This document shows, piece after piece, positions 10,928-21,922 of a DNA stretch of 64,000 nucleotides (position 1 is the stretch's first letter; each line of letters opens with the position of its first letter). The notes beneath the pieces were generated by a model. That model had not been told where the DNA came from, did no database searches, and saw nothing but the letters and a program-made list of their open reading frames with translations. The translations under genes and the position numbers were made by a program. The DNA comes from an uncultured Coriobacteriia bacterium (lineage in GTDB: Bacteria > Actinomycetota > Coriobacteriia > Anaerosomatales > PHET01): the NCBI GenBank assembly GCA_963751505.1, contig CAVVUM010000013.1:4053-68052 (forward strand), given 5' to 3'.

Positions 10928-11616
10928 CTACGTCCTCGAGAAGAAGTAGCCCACGCCTCTGATGGTCCGGATGATCTGGTTGTCGTTGTCGCCGATCTTG
11001 TTGCGCAGGTGGCACACGAACACCTCGATGACGTTGCTGTCCGAGGTGTGCTGCCCTGCCCCAGACCGACTCGAGGATCTCATCGCGGCTGATGACACGA
11101 CCAGCGTTGGCGACGAAGTACTCGAGCAAGTCGTACTCCTTGGCAGTGAAGTTGACCGGCTCGCCGGCGACGGTCACGCTCCGCGACGCCGGGTCGATCT
11201 CGATGTCGCCCACGCGGTACTGGGCGGTCGGCTTCTCGTGCTCGACGCGCTTGAGCAGCGCGCGCACGCGGGAGAGCAGCTCCGATATCTCGAACGGCTT
11301 GCGCAGGTAGTCATCGGCACCGGCGTCGAAGCCGGTGACCACGTCCTGGGTCTGCGAGCGCGCGGTGAGCATGAGGATCGGGACGTCCAAGCCCGCGAGC
11401 GCGACAGGCCCGCGCCACCTCGAGCCCGTCGATGCCGGGCAGCATCAGGTCGAGCAGCACCAGGTCGGGGCGGATGGCCTCGATGGACTCGAGTGCCGCT
11501 TCGCCGTCACCGAATCGCGAGACCTCGTAGCCAGCGTGCGCCAGCTCGAGCTCGACGAAGCGGCCTATGGTCGCGTCATCCTCGACGATCATGATCTTTG
11601 CGCTGCTCTCAGACAT
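10928..11616 (-). CDS. OmpR-family response regulator, frameshifted
   Basis: IMIVEDD, DLVLLDLMLPGIDG, PILMLTA, GADDYLRKPF, and winged helix SNVIEVFVCHLRNKI...IRTIRGVGY. Confidence 0.92.
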
Positions 11617-11669
11617 CGGTCCCTCCAAGCACAGATGCTTGCCCTGAGGCGGTCGGGCCGCCCCACCCC

Positions 11670-12703
11670 TTACGCCAGAAGAGCCTCGGCGATCTGGACC
11701 GCGTTGAGCGCGGCCCCCTTGCGCAGTTGATCGGCGACCACCCACATACTAAGCCCGTGCTTCACTGTCTCGTCCACCCGCAACCGCCCGACGTAGGTGT
11801 CGTCGGTGCCCTCGAGCATCGCTGGCATCGGGTACTGCTTCGAAGAGGGGTCGTCGAGCATCGTGATACCCGGCGCCGCGGTAAGCGCAGCCCGCGCGTC
11901 CTCGAGCGAGACCGGCCCGTCGAACTCCACGTTGACCGACTCCGAGTGGCAGCGCAGCACCGGCACGCGTACGCACGTCGCGGTCGACCTGCGATCTCGG
12001 GTGCGTGCATGATCTTCTTGGTCTCCACGACCATCTTCCACTCTTCTTTGGTGGACCCATCGTCGAGGAAGACGTCGATCTGAGGGATGCAGTTGAACGC
12101 GATGCGGTGAGCGAACTGCTCGACGGTGAGGTCCTCGCCCGACAGGAACTGGCGGCTCTGCTCGTACAGCTCGTCCATCGCCGCTTGACCGGCCCCGCTC
12201 GCGGCCTGGTAGGTCGCCACGACCACGCGCTTGATCCGCGAAAGATCGTGAAGTGGCTTCAGAGCCACGACCATCTGGATGGTCGAGCAGTTGGGGTTGG
12301 CGATAACACCGGAGTTCCACGCCACGTCCTCGGCGTTGACCTCCGGTACCACGAGCGGCACGTCGTCTTCCATGCGAAACGCCGAGGAGTTGTCGATCAT
12401 GACGCAGCCCGCGCCGGTCACCGCGTCGCGGAACCGCTTGCTCACGCCGGCCCCCGCCGAGAAGAGGGCGATATCGACGCCATCGAAGCTCGAATCGGTC
12501 ATCTCTTCGACGACGAGTTCTCCGCCGGCGAACGGCACGCGCTTGCCCGCCGAGCGCGCGCTTGCCAGCGCGCGGACCTCGGCGGCGGGGAAGCCGCGCT
12601 GCTCGAGAGTGAGCAGCATCTCGCGACCGACCGCGCCGGTGACCCCGGCTACCGCGACGACGGGGCGAGCCGGCATCTGCTTGCTCCAAGGCATGCGGCT
12701 CAC
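11670..12703 (-). CDS. asd: Aspartate-semialdehyde dehydrogenase, frameshifted near 11990
   Basis: GVTGAVG, DNSSAFRM, IANPNCSTIQ, TYQAASGAG, TCVRVPV and DQLRKGAALNAVQIAE. Confidence 0.95.
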
Positions 12704-13960
12704 GCCCCCTCTCCACAGCCAGGTGAGACCTCGGCGACCACCTCGGCGTCCGCGAGCCCGAATGCGGCGTGCAGCGCTTGGACGGCGTCGGCGACCTGCT
12801 CGGCGGAGATCACGCACGATATGCGGATCGGCGAGGTCGAGATCATGTCGAGGTTCACGCCGGCATCAGCGAGCGTGGCGAACATCTTGGCCGCGATGCC
12901 GGGGTGCGTCCTCATACCGGCGCCGACGAGCGAGACCTTCGCAACGGACTCGTCCACCTGCCACTCCCGCGCCCCCAACTCGACGACGACGACGTCGAGT
13001 GCAGAGCGCACCCGGGCGAGATCGTCCTTGGGCGTGGTGAAGGAGATGTCGGTCGTGCCGTCCTCCGAGACGTTCTGAATGATCATGTCGATGTTGGCGT
13101 TCGCGTCGGCGAGCGCGGTGAAGACGCGCGCCGCCACGCCGGGCGTGTCGGGCACGTCTCGTAGCGTGACTTTGGCCTCCGACGTGTCGTGCGTGACTCC
13201 GGAGATGATCGCCTGCTCCATGGTGGCGTCGGCCTCCTTGACGATGGTGCCCGGCCCGTCGTGAAACGACGAGCGGCAGTGGATGGTGACTCCGTGGTTG
13301 CGCGCGAACTCGACCGAGCGCATCTGCAGAACGCCCGCCCCGCTCGCGGCCATCTCGAGCATCTCCTCATAGCCGATGCGGTCGATCTTGCGCGCGTCGG
13401 GCACGATGCGCGGATCGGCGGTGAAGACGCCGTCGACGTCGGTGTAGATCTCGCAGACATCCGCGTCGATGCCCGCTGCCACCGCGACAGCGGTGGTGTC
13501 CGAGCCGCCACGGCCGAGCGTGGTGATCTGCCCGTCGGGCGTCGCGCCCTGGAAGCCGGCGACGATCACGATCTTGCCGGTCGCGAGCGCTTCCTTGACG
13601 CGGTCGGCACGGATCTCGGTGATCTTGGCCTTGCGAGTGCACGGCGTCGGTCACGATCCCCACCTGAGTCCCGGTGAACGACACGGCATCCAGGCCGCGC
13701 GCGTGGATCGCCATGGCGAGCAGCGAGATCGAGACCTGCTCGCCGGTGGAGAGCAGCATGTCCATCTCGCGTTCGGGCGGGTTGGCGCAGATGTCGCGAG
13801 CGAGAGCGACGAGCTCGTCGGTGACGTGCCCCATCGCCGAGACAACCGCGACCACGTCGTCGCCGGCCTGTTTGCGGGCGATCAGACGGTCGGCGACCGC
13901 GCGGATACGCTCGGTGCTACCCACCGACGTGCCGCCGAACTTGGTCACCACCAGCGCCAT
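12700..13960 (-). CDS. lysC: Aspartate kinase, frameshifted near 13635
   Basis: [43 protein letters not shown] and two ACT domains. Confidence 0.95.
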
Positions 13961-14059
13961 CTATGTGTCCCTCACGTGCGTGGTTCGCGCCGCGCCGCGA
14001 GCGTGGCGACGTGCACGTTAATCTTTCCGCCAGTGTAGCGCACCTCGCCTCGACAAGAC

Positions 14060-14090
14060 GGAGCCCCCGGCGATTCCCGCCGAGGGCTCC
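14060..14090 (-). terminator. Hairpin terminator after por operon
   Basis: GGAGCCCTCGGCG-GGAAT-CGCCGGGGGCTCC stem-loop about 20 nt after the porB stop; weak U tail. Confidence 0.6.
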
Positions 14091-14112
14091 TGCCGAGCGA
14101 TCTTGCCCGCGT

Positions 14113-15042
14113 CTACTCGGCGCAGCGCTTCTGGATGTAGGCCCAGTACCGGTCGACCTCGGCCTGGATGGTCTCGAGCAGTGCCTCGTTGCCGGGCGCG
14201 AACAGGTGCTTGAAGCGGCCCTGCGGCTTCAGGAACTCGACGACGGGCTTGCGATCGCGCACCTGCACGGTCTGACGCCACACGCCGTCCTCGACCTCGA
14301 ACAGTGGCCAGAAGCCGGTCTGAACACCGAGCTTCGCGATCTCGATCGACTTGCCGGGCACCGTGCGCCAGCCGCGCGGGCACGGCGAGAGCACGTTCAG
14401 GAACGCCGGGCCCTCGACCGCAAAGGCCTTCTCGGCCTTGGTGGTCAGGTCGCGCCAGTGGCTCACGCTCGCCTGCGCGGCGTAGGGCACGCCGTGGTCG
14501 GCGATTATCGAGGTGAGGTCCTTGCGCCGCTGGATCTTGCCCTGCTGCGCCTTGCCCACCTCCGACGTGGTGGCCCACGCGCCCATCGGCGTGGCCGACG
14601 AGCGCTGGATGCCGGTGTTCATGTAGGCGCCGTTGTCGTAGCAGACGTAGACCATGTCGTGGCCGCGCTCCATCGCGCCGGAGAGCGACTGCAGGCCGAT
14701 GTCGTAGGTGCCACCGTCGCCGCCGAACGCGACGAACTTCACGCGCTTGTCGGCGGGGATCTTGCCGGCGCGCTGCAGGCCCTTGAAGGCGGCTTCGACG
14801 CCGGAGATCGTGGCCGCCGAGTTCTCGAACGCGTTGTGGATGAACGGCGTCCGCCACGACGAGTACGGATAGATGGTCGTCGAGACCTCGAGGCACCCGG
14901 TCGCGCAGCCCGAGACGACGGCGCTGTCGCCGGCGGCGAGCATGATCTGGCGCACCGCGATCGAGGCGCCACAACCTGCGCAGAGGCGGTGTCCGCCGGA
15001 AAGGCGGTCGGGGTTCGCGGTCAGTTCTTTGAGTGATGGCAT
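14113..15042 (-). CDS. porB: Pyruvate:ferredoxin oxidoreductase beta subunit (TPP-binding)
   Basis: GHRLCAGCG, GGDGGTYDIG, YDNGAYMNTGIQRS and SPCPRGW. Confidence 0.95.
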   Translation of the reverse strand: MPSLKELTANPDRLSGGHRLCAGCGASIAVRQIMLAAGDSAVVSGCATGCLEVSTTIYPYSSWRTPFIHNAFENSAATISGVEAAFKGLQRAGKIPADKRVKFVAFGGDGGTYDIGLQSLSGAMERGHDMVYVCYDNGAYMNTGIQRSSATPMGAWATTSEVGKAQQGKIQRRKDLTSIIADHGVPYAAQASVSHWRDLTTKAEKAFAVEGPAFLNVLSPCPRGWRTVPGKSIEIAKLGVQTGFWPLFEVEDGVWRQTVQVRDRKPVVEFLKPQGRFKHLFAPGNEALLETIQAEVDRYWAYIQKRCAE

Positions 15043-15055
15043 CTTCGAACCCCTC

Positions 15056-16245
15056 CTATCGGGTGCCGAGGTAGGTGAGCCCGAACGGTGCGGTCGCGCC
15101 GGAGGCTATGTCGGCCAGGTCGGAGTACACGCGCTCGATGAGCTCGAGGCGCACGTCGCTACCGCCCAAGCCGTAGATGTAGTCGACGATCGGGATGCGG
15201 CAGCCGAGGTCGTAGAGCGCGCTCTTCACCTCGAGGTAGAGCGGGCCGCCCTCGGCGCCGAAGCTCTCGGAGCGGTCGAGCACCGCGACGGCCTTGACGT
15301 CCTTCAGTGCTGCGCGGACCTCAGCGGCCGGGAACGGACGGAAGACGCGGACCTTGAGCACGCCGGCCTTCACGCCGTTCTCGCGCAACTCGCGCGCGAC
15401 GTGACGCGCGTTGCCCGCGCTCGAGCCGATCACGACGATGGCGATCTCGGCGTCCTCCATGCCCCAGCCCTCGACGACGTCGAACGGCCGGCCCGAGAGC
15501 TTCGGAGTACTCGGCGCCTACGTCCTTGATGACCTTCATCGAGCCGTCCATCGCGATGCGCTGCTGGCGCTTGAACTCGAAGTAGGGCCCACCGAGACCG
15601 GAGAAGTTGCCGTGGCTGACCGGGTTCTCGAAGTCGAGCAGCGGGTAGGTCGGCTCGTAGTCGCCGACGAAGGCCTTGACCGTCTCGTCGTCGAGCACCT
15701 CGGCGCGATCGATCGAGTGCGTGGTGATGAAGCCGTCGAGGCAGGTCATGACCGGCAGGAGCACGTCGGGGTGCTCGGCGATGCGGACCGCCATGATCGT
15801 GTTGTCGTAGGCCTCCTGCGCGGTCTCGGCGAACAGGTTGATCCAGCCCGAATCGCGGGCGCCCATGATGTCGGAGTGGTCGCAGTGGATGTTGATCGGC
15901 GCGGAGAGGGCGCGGTTGGCGTTGGCCATGACGATCGGCAGCCGCATGCCGGCCGCGATGTAGAGCTCCTCCCACATGAGCGCGAGGCCCTGCGAGCAGG
16001 TCGCCGTCATGACGCGCGCACCCGCCGCCGAGGCGCCGACGCACGCGCTCATCGCCGAGTGCTCGGACTCGACGGTCACGTACTCGGTGTGCACGCGACC
16101 CTGGGCGACGAACTTCGCGAACTCCTCGACGATCGTGGTCTGCGGCGTGATCGGGATAGGCGCCCATCATGTCGGGAGCGCACTGGCGCATCGCTTCGGC
16201 GACGAGGAAGTTGCCGGTGGTGGCTACCGTCTTCTGCTCAGCCAT
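15056..16245 (-). CDS. porA: Pyruvate:ferredoxin oxidoreductase alpha subunit, frameshifted (about 16155 and 15500)
   Basis: AYP/ITPQT, VESEHSAMSA, TATCSQGLALM, NRALSAPINIHCDHSD and FRPFP. Confidence 0.93.
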
Positions 16246-16247
16246 CT

Positions 16248-16586
16248 CTACTTCACCCCCGGCAGTTCGCAGCCCTCGGGCACCATCTCGATGGCCTTGC
16301 GGCCGAACTTCGGGTTGGTCGGGCACTCGTTCGCGCAGATGCCGCAGCCCTTGCAGTGGTCGTAGTCGAACGCAACGACCTTGTCGCCCTCGACCACGAC
16401 TGACGTGTCGGGGCAGAAGATCCAGCAGAGCAGGCACTGGGTGCAGACGGCTTCGTCGCGGTACGGGCGCTCGCTGCGCCAGCCGCCGACGTTGTAGTCG
16501 TCACTGTTGCCGCTCTCGGGGATGACGGCTGCCCGGGGGAAGTCCGCGGCCTTCCATTCGTTGATGCGGGTCACATCCCACTTCAT
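16248..16586 (-). CDS. porD: Pyruvate:ferredoxin oxidoreductase delta subunit (2x[4Fe-4S])
   Basis: GGWRSERP, CTQCLLCWIFCP and DYDHCKGCGICANECP. The ATG overlaps the porC stop. Confidence 0.93.
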   Translation of the reverse strand: MKWDVTRINEWKAADFPRAAVIPESGNSDDYNVGGWRSERPYRDEAVCTQCLLCWIFCPDTSVVVEGDKVVAFDYDHCKGCGICANECPTNPKFGRKAIEMVPEGCELPGVK

Positions 16587-17159
16587 GCGACGGTCACCTC
16601 CTCGTAGGCACGGTCGACCGCCGTGTAGTTGGCGTCGATCATCTCCTGGCCGAACTTCTTGGACAGGTTCTTGGCAAGCAGCCCCTTGAACGTCTCCAGG
16701 TCGACTACGCCGGTCGCCTTGATGAGCGCGCCGACGATCGGGGTGTTGGGGATGTCGCGCTTGATCGTATCGAGCGCGATACCGCTCGCGTCCACGCACG
16801 CCACCTTGACGGTGTCGGCCACCCCTATGGCGGTCTTCACGGCTGCGGCGGGCGAGCACGTGTTGATGATGATCGTCGCCGTTGTCGGCGATGCCCTCGG
16901 TCACGTCGACGACGTCGATGAGGGACTCGTCGAGCACGATGACGACGTCCGGGTTCTCGATGTTGTTGTGGATCTCGATCGGCACATCGCTGATGCGCGT
17001 GAACGCCTTGATCGGCGCGCCCATGCGTTCGGGACCGTACTCGGGCATCGCCTGCATGTACTTGTCGGCGGACAGTGCCGTCTCGGCGACGACCTTCGCG
17101 GCCGTGACCGCGCCTTGCCCGGCGCGTGCGTGCCAACGGATCTCGGTCAACTGCGGCAT
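16583..17159 (-). CDS. porC: Pyruvate:ferredoxin oxidoreductase gamma subunit, frameshifted near 16860
   Basis: EIRWHARAGQGAVTAA, PEYGPERMGAP and IPNTPIVGAL. Confidence 0.93.
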
Positions 17160-17398
17160 AGCGCCCCCTTCCTTGTATGGGGCCAGGACGTACCCGGCGC
17201 CGCAGGGTCGGCGACAGGTCAGTACAGGATAGGTTCGCTCCTGACCGCTTACGGCGTACGGCACCTGCGAGACGGTGAGCGGCAGCTAGGAGTCGGTGAA
17301 TGGCGAAACCGCCTGCTTGCCTTCCCCGCGTGGGGCCTACCCACCGTGTGTACCCGAGACCCGCGTGCTGTGACGCGCGCTCGTGCCAGGTCCGCGCC

Positions 17399-17995
17399 CT
17401 ACATCTCGCGGCGGGCCTCCAGCGCGCGCCCGAGCGTGACCTCGTCGGCGAACTCAAGGTCGCCGCCGACCGGCAGGCCGCTCGCAATGCGCGTCACCTT
17501 GATGCCGAGCGGCTTGATGAGACGCGCGAGGTAGAGCGCGGTGCTCTCCCCCTCGACGTTCGGGTTCGTCGCGACGACCACCTCGCGGATCTCCTCGGTG
17601 CCGAGTCGCTCGATGAGCTCGCGCATGCGGAGTTGGTCCGGCCCGATCCCGTCGATCGGCGAGATGGCGCCGTGAAGCACGTGATACAACCACGAGAACT
17701 CGGCCGTCCGCTCGATGGCGGCAAGGTCACGCGGCTCCTCGACCACACAGATCGTGCTCTGGTCGCGCTCGGGATCGGCGCAGACCGCGCAGAGCTCTCC
17801 TTCCGAGAAGTTGTAGCAGCGGGAGCAGAACCGGATGGTGCGCTTGACCTCGACGATCGCATCGGCCAGCCGCTGCGCCTCCTCGGTCTCGCGCGTCAGC
17901 AGCCAGTACGCGATACGCTGCGCCGACTTCGGGCCGACGCCCGGGAGCCGCTCAAGTTCCTCGAGCAGGCGAGCGATGGGAGCCGCGTAGCGCAC
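17399..17995 (-). CDS. recR: Recombination mediator RecR
   Basis: LPGVGPKSAQR HhH, CxxC...CxxC zinc finger, YHVLHGAISP, ATNPNVEGE and GGDLEFADEVTL. Confidence 0.97.
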   Translation of the reverse strand: MRYAAPIARLLEELERLPGVGPKSAQRIAYWLLTRETEEAQRLADAIVEVKRTIRFCSRCYNFSEGELCAVCADPERDQSTICVVEEPRDLAAIERTAEFSWLYHVLHGAISPIDGIGPDQLRMRELIERLGTEEIREVVVATNPNVEGESTALYLARLIKPLGIKVTRIASGLPVGGDLEFADEVTLGRALEARREM

Positions 17996-18304
17996 CTACA
18001 TGAGTCCCGGGATGTTCATGCCGCCGGTGACCCCGGCCATCTTCGCGGCCGCGAGCTCCTGGGCCGCGCGGACCGCCTCGTTGACTGCGGCGGCGACCAT
18101 GTCGGAGAGAAGCTCGACGTCGTCGGGGTCGACCGCGGCCGGATCGATCTCGACCGAGCGCACCTGCATGTCGCCGGTCATCACGACCTTCACCATGCCG
18201 CCGCCGGCCGAAGCGTCGACCGTCTCGCCCTTGAGCTCCTCTTGGACCTCGGCCATCTTCGCCTGCATCTGCTGCGCCTGCTTCATCATCTTGCCGAAGT
18301 TCAT
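17996..18304 (-). CDS. ybaB: YbaB/EbfC nucleoid-associated protein
   Basis: MMKQAQQMQ, AGGGMVKV and DVELLSDMVAAAVNEA; sits between dnaX and recR. Confidence 0.95.
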   Translation of the reverse strand: MNFGKMMKQAQQMQAKMAEVQEELKGETVDASAGGGMVKVVMTGDMQVRSVEIDPAAVDPDDVELLSDMVAAAVNEAVRAAQELAAAKMAGVTGGMNIPGLM

Positions 18305-20214
18305 CGGTCGTCTCCCTCGTTCTTCTCGTCGTTGTCACGGTGGATGGTAGCGCCAAGCCCGTTCACGAGCAGGTCCTCGAGCGAAGACGTCGCTCCTCCG
18401 TGGAGGTCGGCGGTCGGCTCGGTCAGGCCTGTGGCCATCTCCAGGTGCTCCGTACGCGGCTCGCCATCGTGCTCCGGTGCAGTACCCTCCGGGTCGACGT
18501 CGACGTGCGGTTCGCGCCCAGGTGCCGCGGGTCTCGCCTCTGGCTCAGCTGGTCTCACGGCTCCCCTGCCGAGCTGGTAGCGGAAGGGCGGTGCGCTCCC
18601 GAACACCGCTCCCAGGGCGCGCTTGAGGATCTCGCGGTTCTCGCCGTCGTCGGCGAGCTGCATCGAGAACGCCTGGTCTGCGGGGAACTCGATCACGAGT
18701 CCTTGGCCGTCGATGTCGACGTCCACCTCCACGTTCGAGAACGTCTGCACGCGCGTCGGCTTGATCTTCTTGATCTCGACAAGAACCGCCTGCCAGTCGC
18801 GCTTGACCGCTGCGCGGTCGAGCTTGCCGGGCGGACGGACCGAGACGATCACGGGCTCGTCGGCTGGGGCCGGCTCGGCAACCGCCGGCGCGGACGGCCG
18901 CCCGGGCGCCGGTGCCGCGAAGTCGGACTCCGTCGTCGCTGCGGTGCCCCCGGTGGCCCCGACGGCCGCCTCGCGAAGGGCGTCGTCACTCTGTGCTTGA
19001 GTGGCGACTCCATGAGCGCCAGCGGCCAAAGGAGTCGCCGTGGGCGCCGGCGCGAAGGTGGTGGAGCCGCCGCGCTCGAGCGCTTCAAGCCGCTCAGCGA
19101 GGGCCTCGATCGTCATCTCCCCGTGGGGGCGCGCCATGCGCGTGAGCGCGACCTCGAGCGAGAGGCGCGCATCGCTCGACCAGCGCATCTCGGCGGCGAG
19201 TTCGCCGAGCAGGTCGAGCACGCGAGTGAGGCGGTCGGGACCGGCGAACTCAGCGGCCTGAGCTTCGAGCCGCGCGATGTCGTCGGCCTCGCGATCGACG
19301 ACGCCGGTGGCGTCCCCGACGGCGGCGATCACGTACAGGTCGCGCACGTGTGCGGTGAGCACGCGCACGAGGTCGGTGAGATCGGTGCCGGTCTCGACGG
19401 TCGCGGCCACCCAGCGGAACGAGCCTGCGATATCGCGCCGTGCGATGAGGTCCGCCAATTCGAACAGCTGTGCCGCGTCGACCTCGCCGAGCATGCCCTC
19501 CACATCGTCGGTGGTGATCTCGCCGCCCGTGAACGCGGCGAGCTGCTCGAGTGCGGTGATCGCGTCGCGCATCCCGCCCTCTGCATGGCGCGCAATGAGG
19601 GTGAACGCGCTGCGTTCGACATGCAGGCCCTCGGCCTCGGCGATGTAGCGAAGCCGATCGGCGATGTCTTCGACGGACAGAAGCCGGAAGTCGAAGCGCT
19701 GGCAGCGCGACTGGATCGTCTCGGGGACCTTGTTCGGATGCGTCGTGCAGAGCACGAAGACGACGTGTGACGGCGGCTCCTCGAGCGTCTTGAGCAGCGC
19801 GTTGAACGCCGCGGTCGACAGCATGTGGACCTCGTCGACGATGTAGACCTTGTAGCGCCCGCGCGTCGGCGCGAACGAGACGCGGCCGATGATCTCCTCG
19901 CGCACGTTGTCGACGCCCGTGCGCGATGCGGCGTCGAGTTCGTAGACGTCCGGGTGGCGGCTCTCGGCGATCTCGACGCACTGCTCGCAGCTGCCGTCGG
20001 GCTCGTCAGTCGGACCGCGCTCGCACAGCAGCGCCTTGGCGAGCAGGCGCGCGGTCGTCGTCTTGCCGGTGCCGCGCGGGCCGGTGAACAGGTAGGCGTG
20101 GGCGACGCTCCCGTCGGCGACGGCGTTGCGCAGGGTGCGCTCGATGTGCTGCTGGCCCACGACATCGTCGAAGGTAGCCGGCCGGTACTTGCGGTAGAGC
20201 GACGTGTGCGCCAT
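18301..20214 (-). CDS. dnaX: DNA polymerase III subunit gamma/tau
   Basis: LYRKYRP, GPRGTGKTT, ELDAAS, DEVHML, FNALLKTLEEPP and SRC motif. Confidence 0.97.
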   Translation of the reverse strand: MAHTSLYRKYRPATFDDVVGQQHIERTLRNAVADGSVAHAYLFTGPRGTGKTTTARLLAKALLCERGPTDEPDGSCEQCVEIAESRHPDVYELDAASRTGVDNVREEIIGRVSFAPTRGRYKVYIVDEVHMLSTAAFNALLKTLEEPPSHVVFVLCTTHPNKVPETIQSRCQRFDFRLLSVEDIADRLRYIAEAEGLHVERSAFTLIARHAEGGMRDAITALEQLAAFTGGEITTDDVEGMLGEVDAAQLFELADLIARRDIAGSFRWVAATVETGTDLTDLVRVLTAHVRDLYVIAAVGDATGVVDREADDIARLEAQAAEFAGPDRLTRVLDLLGELAAEMRWSSDARLSLEVALTRMARPHGEMTIEALAERLEALERGGSTTFAPAPTATPLAAGAHGVATQAQSDDALREAAVGATGGTAATTESDFAAPAPGRPSAPAVAEPAPADEPVIVSVRPPGKLDRAAVKRDWQAVLVEIKKIKPTRVQTFSNVEVDVDIDGQGLVIEFPADQAFSMQLADDGENREILKRALGAVFGSAPPFRYQLGRGAVRPAEPEARPAAPGREPHVDVDPEGTAPEHDGEPRTEHLEMATGLTEPTADLHGGATSSLEDLLVNGLGATIHRDNDEKNEGDDR

Positions 20215-20301
20215 GGGGCTGTCTCGGACCCTCCCCGATCGTGTGCTGAACCTCGCGAAAAGGAGTATACCGCCGGCCTGTGACGGCGCCCTGTACTACG
20301 C

Positions 20302-20412
20302 GAAGCGCCCCCGGCGGACCCGAGCGCTCGCCAGAGGCCGCTTATGGCTGCTTCCTTCCGGATCTGACCAGGTTCGCGACGTGGCGCCGCTCGAGCCCGC
20401 CCGAGGCGCTCG
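20302..20412 (-). ncRNA. ffs: Signal recognition particle RNA (small bacterial type, 4.5S)
   Basis: Helix-8 core GAACCUGGUCAGAUCCGGAAGGAAGCAGC enclosed by a long terminal stem (20302-20326 pairs with 20388-20411). TATACT -10 at 20423-20428. Usual position upstream of dnaX. Confidence 0.92.
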
Positions 20413-20490
20413 AGGAAGGCACAGTATATACCGCCGAGAACCCCGGTGGGGCCGCCCCGTCGCGGCCCCAGGCCTGAGCCGCCTGTGGCG

Positions 20491-21812
20491 CTACTCGCAG
20501 CCCTCCGGAACGGTAGCTTCGACGCCGAGGCGTGTCGCAACGAACTCGCGCACCGCCTGGGTATCAAAGGGATAGGTGTTCTTGAGCTCCTTCATCGGCA
20601 CGTCGAGCGCCTGCTCCGGCACGCCCAAAGTCGAGGTGAACTCCGACGGCGCGATACCGGTCGCGTCGGAGACTTCTCGCATCGTCATGTAGCCGCGGAT
20701 GAGCGAGACGTCGAACGGCTCGCCGGCGGCCGGCGTGGTGAGCTCGGCGCCCTGGCCGCTTCCTTGACCCTGACCGGAGCTGGCGTCCCGCGGCTGAGCC
20801 TGCGCGGCCCCAAGGCCCGGCCCCGCGCCCTGCGCGGATGCTGCGTCGCCCCGCCCGCCGTCCCGCTGACCTGCTGGGCAAGCGCGGGGTTCGTGAACTC
20901 CATGCGACCGGACGCCACCGAGACCGCGACGACGCCGATCATGATCGCGGCGCTGAACCCGACCATCACAAGCGGTTTCAGGACCGAGCCGCTGCGCGAC
21001 TCGAATCGCAGCGCGGACTCCGGGCGCGGGCACGCTACGACGCACTGGCCGCACGCGATGCACTCGGAGTCGGCTACCGCGGCCTCCACCGTTGAGACGG
21101 CGATGTTGGCCGGGCATGCCTGGTCGCACAGGCCGCACGATGTGCAGGCATCGTCGTGCCGCATGACGCGGACGAAGCTCAGCTTGTTGAAGAGGCCGAG
21201 CAGGGCGCCGGTCGGGCACAGGTACTTGCAGAAGAAGCGGTCGTAGAGAAACGAGCCGGCGAGCGACACGGCGAGAACGGCGAAGCCGATGCCGAACTCG
21301 GCGAACAGCTCGGCTGACGTGAGGTGGTGGTAGGCGACCCACGGGTCATACGGGCGGATCACCAGGGTCGCGGTGCGCCAGGTGAGCCAGGTGAAGATGC
21401 CGAGCACCGCGTACTTGAGGAAGCGCGCAGGCACGTCGACCGAGACCGGAATCTCGCGTCGCGCCATGCCGAGCTTGCTGCGCAGCGAACCGAAGAGCTC
21501 CTGCAGCGTGCCAAGGGGGCAGAACTGCCCGCAGAAGACGCGACCGAGTAGCAGGTTGGCGCCAACTGCGGCACCGAGCAGGGCGAAGCTACCGAAGGCG
21601 ATCCGCTTGAGGAAGGCGCCAGCCGACACCATCCGCCACAGGGACTCCACCCCGCCGAACGGGCAGAGTGCGTCCACCCCCACCAAGCGTAGCTCCGGCG
21701 CCTTCTGGTGCAGGAGTCCGATGGTGGTCGAGATCGCCAGCACACTCAGCAGCACGCCCCAGCGCGCCCACGCGAACCTGCGGGTGTCTTGGGCTCTCGT
21801 AGTCTGTGGCAC
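20491..21812 (-). CDS. Membrane polyferredoxin (NapH/YccM-like 4Fe-4S binding protein), frameshifted near 20800
   Basis: ALCPFGG, FCGQFCPLG, RFFCKYLCPTG, CTSCGLCDQACP and CIACGQCVVACP with TM helices. C-terminal tail lies in another frame. Confidence 0.85.
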
Positions 21813-21922
21813 GTGTCGTTCCTCTCGGCGTCGCCGCGCGGGCAACGCCCACACGTTCACCGGTGAACGATACGACGCTCGTGTGCGGCACACATGCACT
21901 CCGCGTGAAGAGCGTGTGAACG

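Noticed and set aside
13961-14059. Lysine riboswitch upstream of lysC
   Set aside because: A candidate -10 (TACACT, 14032-14037, minus) leaves only about 65 nt of leader, too short for the aptamer, and no consensus was seen.
11670-17159. Calling asd, lysC, porA and porC pseudogenes
   Set aside because: All catalytic motifs are intact and the breaks are isolated single indels found throughout the window, which fits sequencing error better.
17160-17398. TPP or c-di-GMP-I riboswitch before the por operon
   Set aside because: No CUGAGA/TPP core or GEMM consensus is visible on the coding strand; kept only as an unassigned structured candidate.
18301-20214. Programmed frameshift in dnaX producing gamma
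   Set aside because: No A-AAA-AAG or poly-A slippery site was seen in the coding strand; the ORF is continuous.
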